Shown: piece after piece, positions 36,543-50,482 of the stretch
How positions within the stretch are numbered: position 1 is the first letter of the stretch
Layout of the letters: each line of letters starts with the position of its first letter
Source of the DNA: Parasitella parasitica NRRL 2501
Lineage: Eukaryota > Fungi > Mucoromycota
Direction of reading: 5' to 3'
NCBI GenBank assembly: GCA_025201805.1
Contig: MU619270.1
Coordinates: forward strand, 182,397-246,396
Length of the DNA stretch: 64,000 bases
Made by a program: the position numbers and the translations under genes
The notes under the pieces: model-generated
Databases searched by the model: none
The model's input: the letters and a program-made list of their open reading frames with translations, nothing else
What the model was told of the DNA's origin: nothing

Positions 36543-38589
36543 TTACTGTGTTTGCTGGTTTTGTAGTTGCTGCTGCTGCTGCTGTTGTTGTTGAAGTCTC
36601 TGCATCATCATCATGACATTGGAATAATTATTGGGATCCTCGCTACTGCTCATACCTTGTTGTTGCTGATTGTACATGTTATTCATTATGGCGGCTGGAT
36701 TCATCATCATCGAATTGGGGTTCATCATGCCGCCAGCAGCCAACATTTCATTTGGGTTCATTTGCTGAGGTTGTTGTTGCATACTAGGAGAGTCTATATT
36801 CTGCTGTAGAGGGCTGAATCCAGTGTTATTTGTAGTAGGTGACGAAGAAGACATGTTCAAGCCCATACTGCCCATCATTTGCTGCTGTCTCATCTGTTGT
36901 TGTTGCTGTTGCATCAAATTCTGCGTATGCTGTGCTTGTCTCAACATTGACTGAGGATCGATATTGGGATTGGGTGGCATTCCGTTACGATTGGCATTAT
37001 TCATTGGAGTGTTGGAATTGGTGGGCGTGCTAACATTGCTGCTATTGGCACTAGATTTGCCACTGTTTCTTAAGAATTGCTGCTGCTGTTGTTGGCGCAT
37101 GGCGGCAGCTTGCTGGCGAAGCAACTGCTGCTGTTGCATTTGCAGTTGTTGCTGCTGTGTAGGAGCACCACGCATAGATGGAGGCGATATTTGCTGCTGC
37201 TGTTGTTGTTGCTGTGGAGATAACTGCTGTGCAGATTGTTGTTGTCCAGGCAGTTGCTGTTGAGAAGAGGCTGGGAAAGGAGATTCTGATTTCTTACGCT
37301 GGTTTATATCGTGCACATTGAATAATCCTTGTGCTGTACTCAGCATTTCCTGGATTTTCTTTCCAATTTCTGATTTTGGTGGAGGCAGAGGCGAAAGATC
37401 GGGTGGAGATGGTGTTTTATAATCCTAATGCAGAATTAGATGCATTCATTATTGTCGACTTGTAAAAGATGACTAACCTCTCCAGGCTTGACCATGGATA
37501 TATCTGCCATTGTGGCGAGATATGTCAAATTTGACTGAAGCTTGGCTTGATATCTATATCAGCGATGGCGGTGAGAAAATGACTCACGGCGCTTATCTGC
37601 TACTTACAGCGGTAGGTTGGGCTCTAGATTAGCCTCAGTGCGTTGGCTCTCAATGCATAGACGAATCAACTCGATATTCAGTGCTAAAATCTTGAAGAAA
37701 ATGCTCCTGTCAATTCGCGCGCAATGTAGGTTGCAAACAGACTACTTACGATTTCTACTCGCTTTGTGTTTACATCGGTTTCGGTGGTTGTTATGATGTT
37801 CGTCGAAGGGGGCAGCATTGTCGTAGGCGATTGGTTAAGCTTATATGAATCAACACTAGAAGGGCCAGCTGCTATTGTCGGGATAGATGCTTCACCATGG
37901 GGCGACAACGAACTAGAAGGTACTGCGGCCATCATAGAAGGCTGTTGTTGCTGTTGAAATTGCTGCTGAAATTGCTGCTGCTGAAATTGCTGCTGCTGCA
38001 TCATATTAAATTGCTGTCTTTGTTGGTCATCCATCCTCTGCTGCGTACCCATGGCTTGTTGAGGATTCGCTGGTTTATTACCCCATGCTTGCTGTGGCTG
38101 TCTGAAAGGCTGCTGCTGCTGTTGTTGTTGTTGTTGTGGTTGCTGCTGCTGTTGCTGTTGCATCATCTGTTGCTGTAACATTTGCTGCTGGGGGTTAGAT
38201 ATCATCGGGCTTTGTTGCCTTTGCTGAGGACTATTCGTGGCCATGGAAGCAGCCGCTGATGACCCTGCTACAGAAAGAGTGGAGCTACTAGGGCTAAAAG
38301 GCTGCGACGGGTTGCCACCATACATCTGTCTTTTGGCAATCATGTTGGCCATCAATGCAGCGTTATTTTGAGGATCAAACTGAGGCTGTTGTTGTTGCTG
38401 TTGTTGCTGTTGCTGCTGTGGGCTTAAGCTAGCATTGCTTGCTCCCCCGTCGATCTTTTGAGGTGAGAAGCCGCCAACAGCAGATTGCATTTCTTGTGGC
38501 AGATTGGCCATGAAGTTTTGTTGTGTTTGTCCATAAACATTTTGGATATATGGATTACTCTGATTACCTGAATTCATGTAAGGATTCAT
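36543..38589 (-). CDS. Glutamine-rich protein with SSXT/SNH domain (SS18/GIF-like SWI/SNF-associated coactivator)
   Basis: Short spliced exons at about 37480-37760 give RVEIILALNIELIRLCIESQ...YQAKLQSNLTYLATMAD, matching the SNH consensus. Long Q/P/M/N-rich arms lie on both sides. Confidence 0.75.
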
Positions 38590-39593
38590 CTGCCAAGCGC
38601 TGTTTTCGTCTCTTTTTTTTTTATACAATCAATGGTTATTGTCGACTCGTTTTGAAGTCTTTATATGATGAAAAACTGAAGAAGAGAAGAAAAAGGTTTT
38701 TTTTTTTTTTTTTTTCGCTCCTCTCAAGACCAATCATACTAGTATAAAAGGCGCGACATTTGATGGTTAAAATTTTCGCTCGAAATGTCATTTCACGTGT
38801 AAAGTCTTCAGTATTATTATCAGAGCTGTCAGTACTATCAGCGTTATTAGAGACTTTCAGGCCGATGCTTGAGTTGTAGTTGCTAGCCGCAGTGATTTTT
38901 CGAGGGACTCTTGAGATAAATACATCATCTAAAGGAGTATAAAACAAGTCATTATTCCAGTAGCATTCATATCACTGAGCGGTGATTACCTGTTGAGATA
39001 GATTGCATGAGGGTTCAAAACGGTAAATCCATAAGATATGCTGCTAATTTTTGCGGTTCGTCCCCAAACAGGAGTTTTTACTAATGTGCATTTTTGTTTA
39101 ATCGTTTACTACTTGCGTTTTTTTAGTATTCGATATTTGCACCACCAGATGCGGCATTAAATTCTCAAACAACTCACTTGGGCTTAGAGTACACTTTGCT
39201 CTAATTAATTCCAGAGGTATCGATGAAAAAGTGTCCAAACAATTTCAGTACAGGACCTGCTAATCAAAAATTTCACTTGCGGCGATGAATGGGAATTCAT
39301 GGATGCTCGATGACCGTATTCATGACACTGCAATTTATTTTTTGCACTAGCTTCTTTTGCAGCAAATCATGATGAACTCTTGCCGAAAATCTATAGCTTT
39401 TGTTTATTGTAATTTTTCAGCGTGTCCTTACAGAAGACAGTTGAACGTATCATATCTTTATACCGCTTGCACATAGATTAAGCCTAAAGCAAGCAATGCT
39501 CAACATGTAAAAATTATATTTATGTTAATAAAAAGCGCTTGCGCACGATTATCTCAAAAAAAAACTATTGGAATAACGGAAACTCTATGTGTA

Positions 39594-39800
39594 CTAGTCT
39601 AAAGGTGAGCTGAGATGTTCCTCAGCTTGTATCTTGTTAAGCGCACGTTGGAATCTCATTGAAATGAGGTTCCAATGCACCTTCCAGACCTCGGCAATGG
39701 CAGGAGACATTGATGTTGGTAGCGTGGTAGTACCAAAACGAGTTTGAACTAAGCGAGAATCTCGTGTGCGAGGAACCATTGGATGATCAAGTTCAGCGTG
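39594..39800 (-). mobile_element. Degenerate non-LTR retrotransposon 3' fragment
   Basis: IAEVWKVHWNLI(F)NEIP...ALNKIQAE resembles the LINE ORF2 tail also seen at 20.1 kb; frameshifted. Confidence 0.5.
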
Positions 39801-40675
39801 GTTCCTGGCCAAATGGATGTTCTTCGATAAGCCTTTTATCGAAGAAGGCCAGAAATCGTACCCCCACGATCCCTCTCTTCGAATATTTACTGGTTGCGGG
39901 CGAGTTCTCTGTGGGTTCCTCGACTTATTTCTTGGCTGCCAAAGGGTGATTCTGCAAGATGCCGCTGTTGTCATGGCAACGACTTGTTTGAGTTCTGTTT
40001 TTTTCTGTCCCGAATTTGCTGCGTTCCGGCCAAGATGTTGCTTGCTGTATTAGCAGTTGCTGGGGGAAAAAATTGAAAGCCATCAACTAGAGCTTCATAT
40101 GAAGTGTAACATTTCTGCTCTGGAAAAGAAGACACAAGGCTACAAGAGTTTAAAGGTCTGGTCCCCAACATTGCTGATGGCCGAAAGAATTTGGTTTGAT
40201 GTTGAGTGATTTCCAAGACTTTGTTTTGCATTTACAATGGCGAGATATTTGACATTGGTAATCTGGTTTGCTCATATACTGGGCAGGTTTTTTTTTTTTT
40301 TTGCATGCTCAGATATGCTTTTAAATTTTTTTTTTTATTCCTCCAGGCTCGAACCAGGTTTGCTTTTTTTGCTCTTATATAATATCTATTTGGTCATAAT
40401 GTCGACCTGTATAGACAACATCAGGCAATCGTGAAAAGATTTCACATTGAAAGGGCGCATGAGTTACAACTACAAAAAACGGGTAAAAGATGAATGGAAA
40501 AGGGTTACAGAAAATTGGGATAATATTTTTTCGCTTTGCTTTTTTGTCAATTTTTCTGTTTTATATCGGGGTAGCCATATTGCTCTTTATCATATAAAAA
40601 GACTCTCGGCATCTGGTGTGTTGGAAAAATAAGATCGCTTGGAACCAATTGCAACATTTCAATCAGCAGTAAACC

Positions 40676-42613
40676 ATGAGCCTAAACAGTGCTATTGAAA
40701 AGAGGGAAACAAAAGAGGAATGTGATCCAAAAACTGATATTGATCCTCATAATGAGATATTTGAACCACATGAAGAAATTTCAGACGAGTCCGAGCATAC
40801 TGGTAAAGCCACTCCTTTTGTATACATGCTTGTCATCGCTGTATGCATTGGTGGGTTCTTGGCAGGTTATGATACCGGTGGTAAGTCAGGTTTTTCCGGT
40901 TTACAAATATGTGTGTGTTGCTCATTTGTCTTCACAGTGATTTCGGGTGCTTTGACACTGCTCCAAGACGAATTCGATATGAGTCACACTGAAAAAGAAC
41001 TAGTTGTAGGTGGCACTACATTTGGTGCCATTTTTGGTGGCTTCTTTTCTGGACTGGTAGGTTTAAATGTGTTTTGAGCAGCTGTAAACAAGACCTAACT
41101 CTCACCATGTAGCTCTCTGATAGATTTGGAAGAAAGGTTTGTGTGATACTAACAGCAGCACAATAGTATACTCATGTCCATATAGATTTTGGTCATTGCA
41201 TCATCCGTCATCTTTATTGCTGGTGCGTTAATTCTCGCTTTAGCTCCCAACTATGGCGTTTTACTGTTTGGGAGAGTAGTGGTTGGTCTCGCTGTCGGTA
41301 TCGCCTCGATGATTGTTCCTGTCTATGTCAGTGAATTGTCTCCCAAGCATCTGCGAGGCCGGCTAAACACCTTGAATACTCTTGTTCTAACGTTTGGTCA
41401 AGTATTTGCTTATGCCATGAACATTGCACTTGCTAAAGTGCCGGATGGATGGCGCTACATGTTTGGTATTGCCGGTATCCCTGCTCTCTTTCAATTTTGC
41501 GTTATGCCATTCTTACCGGAATCGCCTCGTCGATTGATTGCAGTTGGCAAATTGGACCAGGCAAGAGGTTCTTACCGTAAAGTATATGGCGATTCTGTAA
41601 CTGATGTCTTTATCGATAGAGAGATTAAAATGATTGACGATGACATTCATGCCTGTCGATCTGGATCATTCAAAGATTTCTTACATAGAGATAACTTCAT
41701 GCCTTTGATCATTGGTAAGACATACTCAAAAAAGGATTAGATACTCAAAACAGACACTGATCTGCTCAATACATGTAGCATGTATCTTACAGGCTGCTCA
41801 GCAATTGTCAGGTTTCAATGCTGCCATGTATTACGCAGCTACCATCTTACAAATGGCCGGTTTTAGAGATACTCAAGGCTCAACTAGCGTCGCTATTATT
41901 GTAGCAGCCACCAACATGGTATTCACTGCTGTTGCTATTTCCGTAATCGACAAGTTTGGCCGTAGAAAGATGCTTCTTATCACCATGTTGGTTATGATCG
42001 GTGGTCTGATTGCGCTTGGTGCGACATTTGCGGCACAGCAAGGATTCATCACACAACAACCAACCTGTGCTGGCTATGCTTCTCATTGTGCCCGCTGTGT
42101 ACTTGATGATGCTTGTGGGTGGTCTATATCGCAAGATACCTGTATCGCCACTGCAGGTCATCTTGAAGACATTCTTCAAACCTCTACAGGCTGTCCCTCT
42201 GAGCCTAAAGATAAGGCCATTACTGCTGTCCTGCTACTCTTTTTGATCATTTACGTCGCCAGCTATGCTCTTGGCCTTGGTTATATTCCTTGGTTAGCTC
42301 AATCTGAAATGTTTTCCATGTCTATTCGTGGTAAAGCAAACGGTGTTGCTACTGCAGTGAATTGGATATGTAATCTGATTATTTCCACCTCCTTTTTGTC
42401 AATGACGGAAGCAATGACAACGGCTGGCACTTTTTGGTTCTATGCTGGTCTTTCCATTATTTTGTGGGCCTTTTTGCTCAAGTTAATGCCAGAGGTAAGT
42501 TGTATAAGCAGCGTTTATTTCAAAATTTACTTAATCATTTATTTATTTATTTTTTTGTATAGACATCTGGAAAAACACTCGAAGAGATTCACGAGTATTT
42601 TCTTAAAATTTAG
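40676..42613 (+). CDS. MFS sugar porter, myo-inositol transporter-like (6 exons)
   Basis: GGFLAGYDTG, SDRFGRK, YVSELSPKHLRGRL, PESPR, QQLSGFN, DKFGRRK and PETSGKTLEEI motifs; Cys-rich extracellular loop as in HMIT/INT types. Confidence 0.92.
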
Positions 42614-43954
42614 ATGAAAAAAGTAACTCTATTATTATTTCCTTTCTGTACCTAATAGCTAATTTAATATCTTTTGTCCTTTCAATAAACTAATCGAATT
42701 TGTAATACATGACACAGTGCAAAACATTGCTTGATCGAGCCTCCATCAATGTATTATGCTAATGTGTTTCAGTAGACATATAATACCAAGGCATTTAAAT
42801 GGATAAACCCGGCACTCAGTATCGTATTTTCTGTAAGCTGCTCGGTTGGAGGGTCGAATCTTTAATGTGAAAGGAACTAATAATAGCGGATCAATCTTAA
42901 ATAATAGGTGAAAATACCAACAAATACGTTAACGCGTTTATGGAGCTTTTACAAAGTTGCTGCATGTCTAATTAAACTACCTAATATTTGTTTCAGGCCA
43001 AATTGGTTATGTAGTCATCACCTCCATTCTATTCTACCAAAATTTGTCGTTTTATTATGTATGGTTCCAAAGGAGAACAAAGCTAAATACTCATTTGTTT
43101 CAGCCGTTAATTTCATCTTTTATTATATGTCTATTCTGTATCTTCTAGTTCATTGCACATAGAGTATAGTTTAGTACACATGGTAACAAGTCTGTTGCTG
43201 TTATGAATCGGAACAGCACAGATAGCGCGATTCTGGCTTTCTGCAAAGGCGATGTAAACGGATAATATCACATACTCAAAACAAATAAAATGGTAATGTT
43301 TCTCTTGAGAAAGACATGCAGGCAGTAATCTCATGATTACGTTTTGCTCGGCATCATTTGATTTTAGTGTCAGTGGCATCTATACTTGGTAATAGATCTT
43401 TTCAAAATTTTCTAAATGTTAACTTTGTTCAAACACGAAGATATTGCGTTTGACTTTAAGGCATTCGATTCAAATTGTTATTGTTCGAAAAGATATGAAG
43501 AGGGCACTAAATTATTAGACACAAGGACACAATTAATGTAATTTCGTAAGAAAATCATGAAACATGTAGTTTTGGACTACAGTTTCTAGAACTCTACTTG
43601 CATTGTATGATGGTAGAAATTGAGGTGCTCGGAAAGCTTGGTTGAATTTAATAACACAAGGTAAAACTAACAAAACATCTTTATCTTAATTCCATTCTTT
43701 ATTTTGTATTATCATATTTAGCGTTAATAACAAGTGCATAGATCATAGAGTCATAAGCGTGAATAGTGTATGTAAAGCAATTGCATATTTTCATAAGAAA
43801 AAATTGTTTGTTGTGGTCAAGCATAGACACATAATTGAAGGGCGCATCATAGAAGAGCAATAAATGAAATAAAGTGTAGAGATGAATGTTTCATGGAGCG
43901 TTGATCTTTTTCCAGGGCAGAGGCTGTCATGGCCGCTACAGTGAAATGCCTTCC

Positions 43955-44171
43955 TTCTACGTGAAAATTAGGTTAGGTACAATATGGATATATAAATGGT
44001 AATTTGCAACTTACAGATATTTTGGCTGCAGCGTGGGCACCAACTTTGGTCGAAATGGCAACTGTGTGTGAGGCAATAATTCGAGCTTCTGTTTGACAGG
44101 GACAAACGTTGGACGAATCCTTGGAACTTTTGGAGTGTTTTGGCAGATAATGTTTCGATATTGTTGTTCAT
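43955..44171 (-). CDS. Putative 52-aa Cys/His microprotein
   Basis: MNNNIETLSAKTLQKFQGFVQRLSLSNRSSNYCLTHSCHFDQSWCPRCSQNI*. A clean intron at 44014-43957 (GTAAGT...CTAAC...TAG) splits the stop codon. TATAAAA at about 44265-44271 and a CT-rich leader lie upstream. Confidence 0.6.
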
Positions 44172-44564
44172 TACGGTGTGATTAATAAAATTAAATGAAG
44201 ACGAGAAGAAGAGAGAGAGAGAAAGGTGTGAAGAAAAAATGTGATCCCAGGCGAAGCAGCCTTCTTTTATACTTGAAGCATGACAATGATTTATTAGATT
44301 AATAACGTTTGTGTGTGTAAATCAATATACAGATGTGCGCTATGAACCGTATCTTTGCACGATGGTTTTTTTTTAATTCTATTTTCTGGTTTCATTGTCA
44401 TTCCGTGCCAAGTTGATTAATTGTAAATGTGTGGTTTCGAGCAATAATTAAAATCTTACAATAGCCCCATGGTTTTCATTTTAGTATTTGTAATATATAT
44501 ACATAACATTGTAATCTCAATAATGAAAATAATTCTTAATGCCAACGACAATCAAAACGTCGAC

Positions 44565-44601
<37 letters not shown>

Positions 44602-45131
44602 CAACAGGGCCGCGTCGATCTCCTCAAGAATCTCGTTGTTTTTCGTTTGAAGCCAGTTTTGAAATTTTGCGACAAAGAAAAATAAAATTTCTCTTTACGG
44701 ATAATAAAGACAAGGCTTTTCAGTGTTACACAATGGTGCTTTGATCCCTTTTTGGTTGATGTTTACATCTAATAACCACATTGTTTCCCAGACCTAAGTT
44801 GATCTTACGATAGATCTAAGTCTGAGAAGATTGAGCCACCACTATTGGTATTATATTGCACAGTCGGCTTTCAATCAATGACCGCAGTTAGAATGCATCA
44901 TGAATCTGTGAATATTCATAGCGTTTACCCAGTGATATCATTACCATAGCGTAAGCTGACAAGTACTTAACTATAATAGCTTGACCCGCATTTAAGGATT
45001 AGACATTATGTATCATTCTTTCCTATCCCCGACTATATTGTCAAGAAGAGAATGAATAAATCTTTTTTTAGTTCGCTTTGTGAGAAATTTACGTTTACTT
45101 TTTGGAGAATTTATGTTTTTTTGTTAGTTAT

Positions 45132-45386
45132 TGATTTATCAGATTGAGAAATTATTCAAATAAAACAGTTGTGAACTAATTGAGTAAAAGTCTCGTTTAT
45201 TACATGGGAAATATGATGGTTTAAATGCTAGTGAATCCAATGGACTGATGGGGTTAAGGTGTAAGTATGAGATATGGTAGGATCTAGAGATAAAAATGGA
45301 ACATAATCTATTGATGTATGTTCCTGGATCGTGTTCAGTATTGAGTTTACTTGAGTTTGACTTCCGGTCGAGAAATTGACAGATCA
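45132..45386 (-). mobile_element. Solo LTR, family C (255 bp) with 5-bp TSD GTTAT
   Basis: GTTAT|TGATTTATCAG...GACAGATCA|GTTAT; homology to 27044-27133 and 26708-26962. Confidence 0.9.
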
Positions 45387-46996
45387 GTTATATTGATCAA
45401 ATTAATCAATGCGTCTCTCCATTTGCACATGATTGCTGTTTTAGTCAAAAAGCTTTGGAGTAATGCGGCTCTTGAGGGAACTGGTACTAATGCATAAGAT
45501 ATACAAATGTTATGATCTCCACGAAGCTTAATTACTGATTCGAAATTAAAATGGGGATTTACAAAAGTAATATAAAAATTAATGAACACTAAAAAATATA
45601 CCAATAAAATTTATTTACACCATGGTTTCTTACAATGAATTCTGGAACAGTAAAGTCGGTTGCGATTGTAGAGCTTATGTACGACATGATTATTTTGGAA
45701 TCAGTATTATTAAATCCAAAGAACAAAGAATTGTCCAAGTTTTTCAAGCATGAGTAGCGCGCAGTTAATTAATCACTGATCTTTCTTATATACTAAAAAA
45801 GTTCATTTTCAAATTCCCAAAGCTTAAGATTAAGATATTCAACATTGTTGATTTATTGATAATGATGTGGTCTTATCTGATTCCCTTAGTAAGTCCAGAT
45901 TCAGAGCTCTAAATAAGTCATCTAAAATACAAAATAAATTAATAAATCAAAAATGGATTTATGTATTAGAATGTTTATATCAAAAATAGATTGTTAATTG
46001 CACATTGTTGTGTAGTTAGTATAATTTACAAGAAATTAAAGATAATTCCGGTAACATGAATGTATACATTCATATTTTTTTGTTTGATATAATAAATGCC
46101 TTCGAACACATGTGTACATATGGCTTTGTATGTAATGCAATCAACTTCGACAGCAATTGTATAATATCAAATAGGCTCAAGACAAGCTGTCTGTTTTTTG
46201 GCAATATATTTGGATCTCGGATTTGCAAAATACTGTGCATTTACATAACAATGCACTTGTACATACCATGCATTCTTATATTACAGCTTTCATGCTTGCA
46301 TAAAGCAGGTACAGGCAATGTATGTCCTTTAAATGTTACACTGCACTTCTTTTTTTTTTTTNNNNNNNNNNTGTAACAAAAAAAAAGAGGCCGTGTTAGT
46401 CATTGCTTTGTAAAAGATGGTCGAATTGCTTTTCCTATCCAGACTTAATAAAAAACCTCAAAGATTTTAACCCCATTTTTCCAGCGTGATTATCAAAGAT
46501 AACAATCAACCATTACACAAACAAATACATCTGACGCTATTAGATAAGGGCCTATAAATTGAATTGTATATACACGTTCAAGATCTTTGACGTGATAACA
46601 TCCAAGTTGGGTTATCGGATTAAGAGTAGGATTTCATCCAGAATCAGTTTATAGTATGACATGTAGACCCTGTCCCCGCAAACAAACAAAAATTTTGCGT
46701 ACATTTTGCTTGCATCTTGAATTCAAGTCTACCATTTCGCACCTGTTTAAAGTCGCTCAGAAAAAGATCTGAGTCATAATTCAAAATTTTTAAATAGACC
46801 GAGAAGCTATACTGTACATATAGTGCAACAGACCGAGAAAAGTTACACCAAACGCCAATTTAAAAAGAGCTTAGTCGCTCTATTGATTTTATCTTGATTA
46901 ATCAGAAAAAAAAAAGCTATAAAAGCTTGTAGATTCTCATGTACGCGTCTCTCCTTCCTTTCCCTTTGTCTTTTCACAACATAATCTCTGCATAAA

Positions 46997-48263
<1,267 letters not shown>

Positions 48264-50482
48264 GTTTATCACTAAAGCTAAATCTTCATGTATTCATATA
48301 AATAAATAAAAATTCTTACATCACATATAAATTTACATATGCATTCTACTTGAACTTATTATGCCATTTTCCAAAACTTTTGATTAATGAACGGATATAG
48401 TTTTATCAATTAGTTGTACACATTCACATGTAAAGAAATTTATAAACATCTACAAAGTATACGTCGGAGAGCAACCTTTTCCGCCACAATGATGATTTTA
48501 GGACTATGAGCGCTCGTGAGAAAAAATGAGGGATCCATCCGGTTTCCTCCACTTTAGTTTGCTCTAATGGTATACTTACATGTGTTTTAATTCTGCTATG
48601 TATCCGGTGTTAGCAATGATTTCAATTAATCCAGCGACTAGAAGTGAATGAAGATCACGTTTCGGTTTTACTCGGGTTGTTTAGGTAGTTACAAGCTTTT
48701 TAAGTTCGGAAACTCTTGGTATACGTTCAACTTTCTAGACAACAGAGCACTGGCATTTGTTTTTAGGAGATGGGTGAAATCGTAACTGATGTCTCTCGTA
48801 AGTTCAACTTCAGTCGTTGTGCAAACTTTTTAAGAGGATTGAATTGTGAAGGTGTGTCTTGAAAGAAGCTTTACAAGCATCAATAGCCATCTCAAAACAT
48901 AGCGCAGTACAACCTACTTTCGCAGAGGAAATTCTTGCTCGTCAAATTGTTCGATAAACTCTATTTAAAACGCATGTAAAAAGCCAGCATTACCACAAAA
49001 TTAGCCTAAAATGCCTCCAAGATAGTGAAATTGTTCATTTTAGCAACTTTGACGCTATATTTATGTAGCTTCTGACCACGGCCAACGTCCAAAAGTAATC
49101 AAACAATTACTATTGATTAATAGATCCATTCTGATGAAAAAAAGCGGTTTTTTTTTTGAAACTTTTTTTTACTTGATTCTGCCTTATGGTACCTCGTCTG
49201 AAAACTTGATTTTGACAAAATCCAATTTTCAAATCATAAAATGAAGCTTTTTACTAAGGTATATATTAGAAGTATCTGTTCTCAGGTTTCGCCTCCACAC
49301 TATGAATGCGTTTATTTGGTACGTGCAGGCTTAATTTTTTGATTTTCTTGCAATAAACTGAAAAACCATATTTTCAGATATATTAATCCAATTTTTTAGA
49401 AAAATAAAAAGTAAGATATACTATAGAATATAGCTCGATCGACGCCATGTTTTGTGTTATTGCACTTGTAGGTGCTGTTTATACATTTTGTGGTGCAAAT
49501 ATTCTTTAAAGAACATTTAACTTCTCATTTTGGCAAAATGGAACAAAAATGAAGTAGGCTGCCAATTAATATTTAAATTCCGCCTTCCTTGTTTAACCCA
49601 GTAGGGCTCATGACACATTTCATTAGATTTTTAAATCGGATGTACACCCCAATTGAATTCGCCATCCTTATATATCTCGAAACGCAATCAGACTTATACT
49701 GCAATGGAAATCAAGTTTAACCTTCCAATATTGTGCTGCCTGTTGAGCCTCATTCTCAACTAATCTGCAGTAAATCTGTGTGTCCTGCAAGATGTATTAA
49801 AGCATATTCCCAAAATCTTAAAAATGATTATAGCCTTATCATCAGCATCTAATGAAAAATATTTGTGTTCATCAATAAGTGTGGATATCACAACGTCAAG
49901 ATTTGATCATTTTTAAAATACGATTAAACGTAATATCACGCCTGTTTTGTCTTTTAAAAGATTCATTCTCAATGAATATATCTGTTAGATAGTATTTCAT
50001 TGCCTTTGTCTTCAACTTTAAAACAATATAGAAGTATAGTAACATGGGAACCTGATATTGTCTGCCATATCCTGCGAATCAAGTATTCACTTTTACGTAA
50101 ATCTATCAAAATGCTAGAGACTTCACATGATTTGATCACTTTCTTTGCATGGCTAGGATAAACAAACTTTCAGTTTGTAACTATAACCATTCAAGGTAAC
50201 TTACGGCCTTTACATGCAAATGATATGGGTCTGAATATTCCTGTAAAAGTGCTTTGACATCAATTTATGCTTAAACAAATGTACATTTATACCTCTCCTT
50301 TTGACATTTAGCCAATTAGGATACAACATCTTTCATCTCAGCCCATTGAAATTCGTCACATCAAAAAGGTCCAAAAGAAATATCTAGAAAAAAAAAATAT
50401 GTATACATATATTTACATCAAGGGTTTTTTTCTCTGATTAAAAAAAACCCAGCATTCAACTCTTTCTTCAGTATACTGCGCT

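Noticed and set aside
36567-38178. Poly-Cys and poly-Leu ORFs on the plus strand
   Set aside because: Antisense readings of CAG/CAA polyglutamine tracts.
48350-50400. 2-kb gene-free interval, possible decayed transposon
   Set aside because: No TIR/TSD pair or protein motif could be identified by eye.
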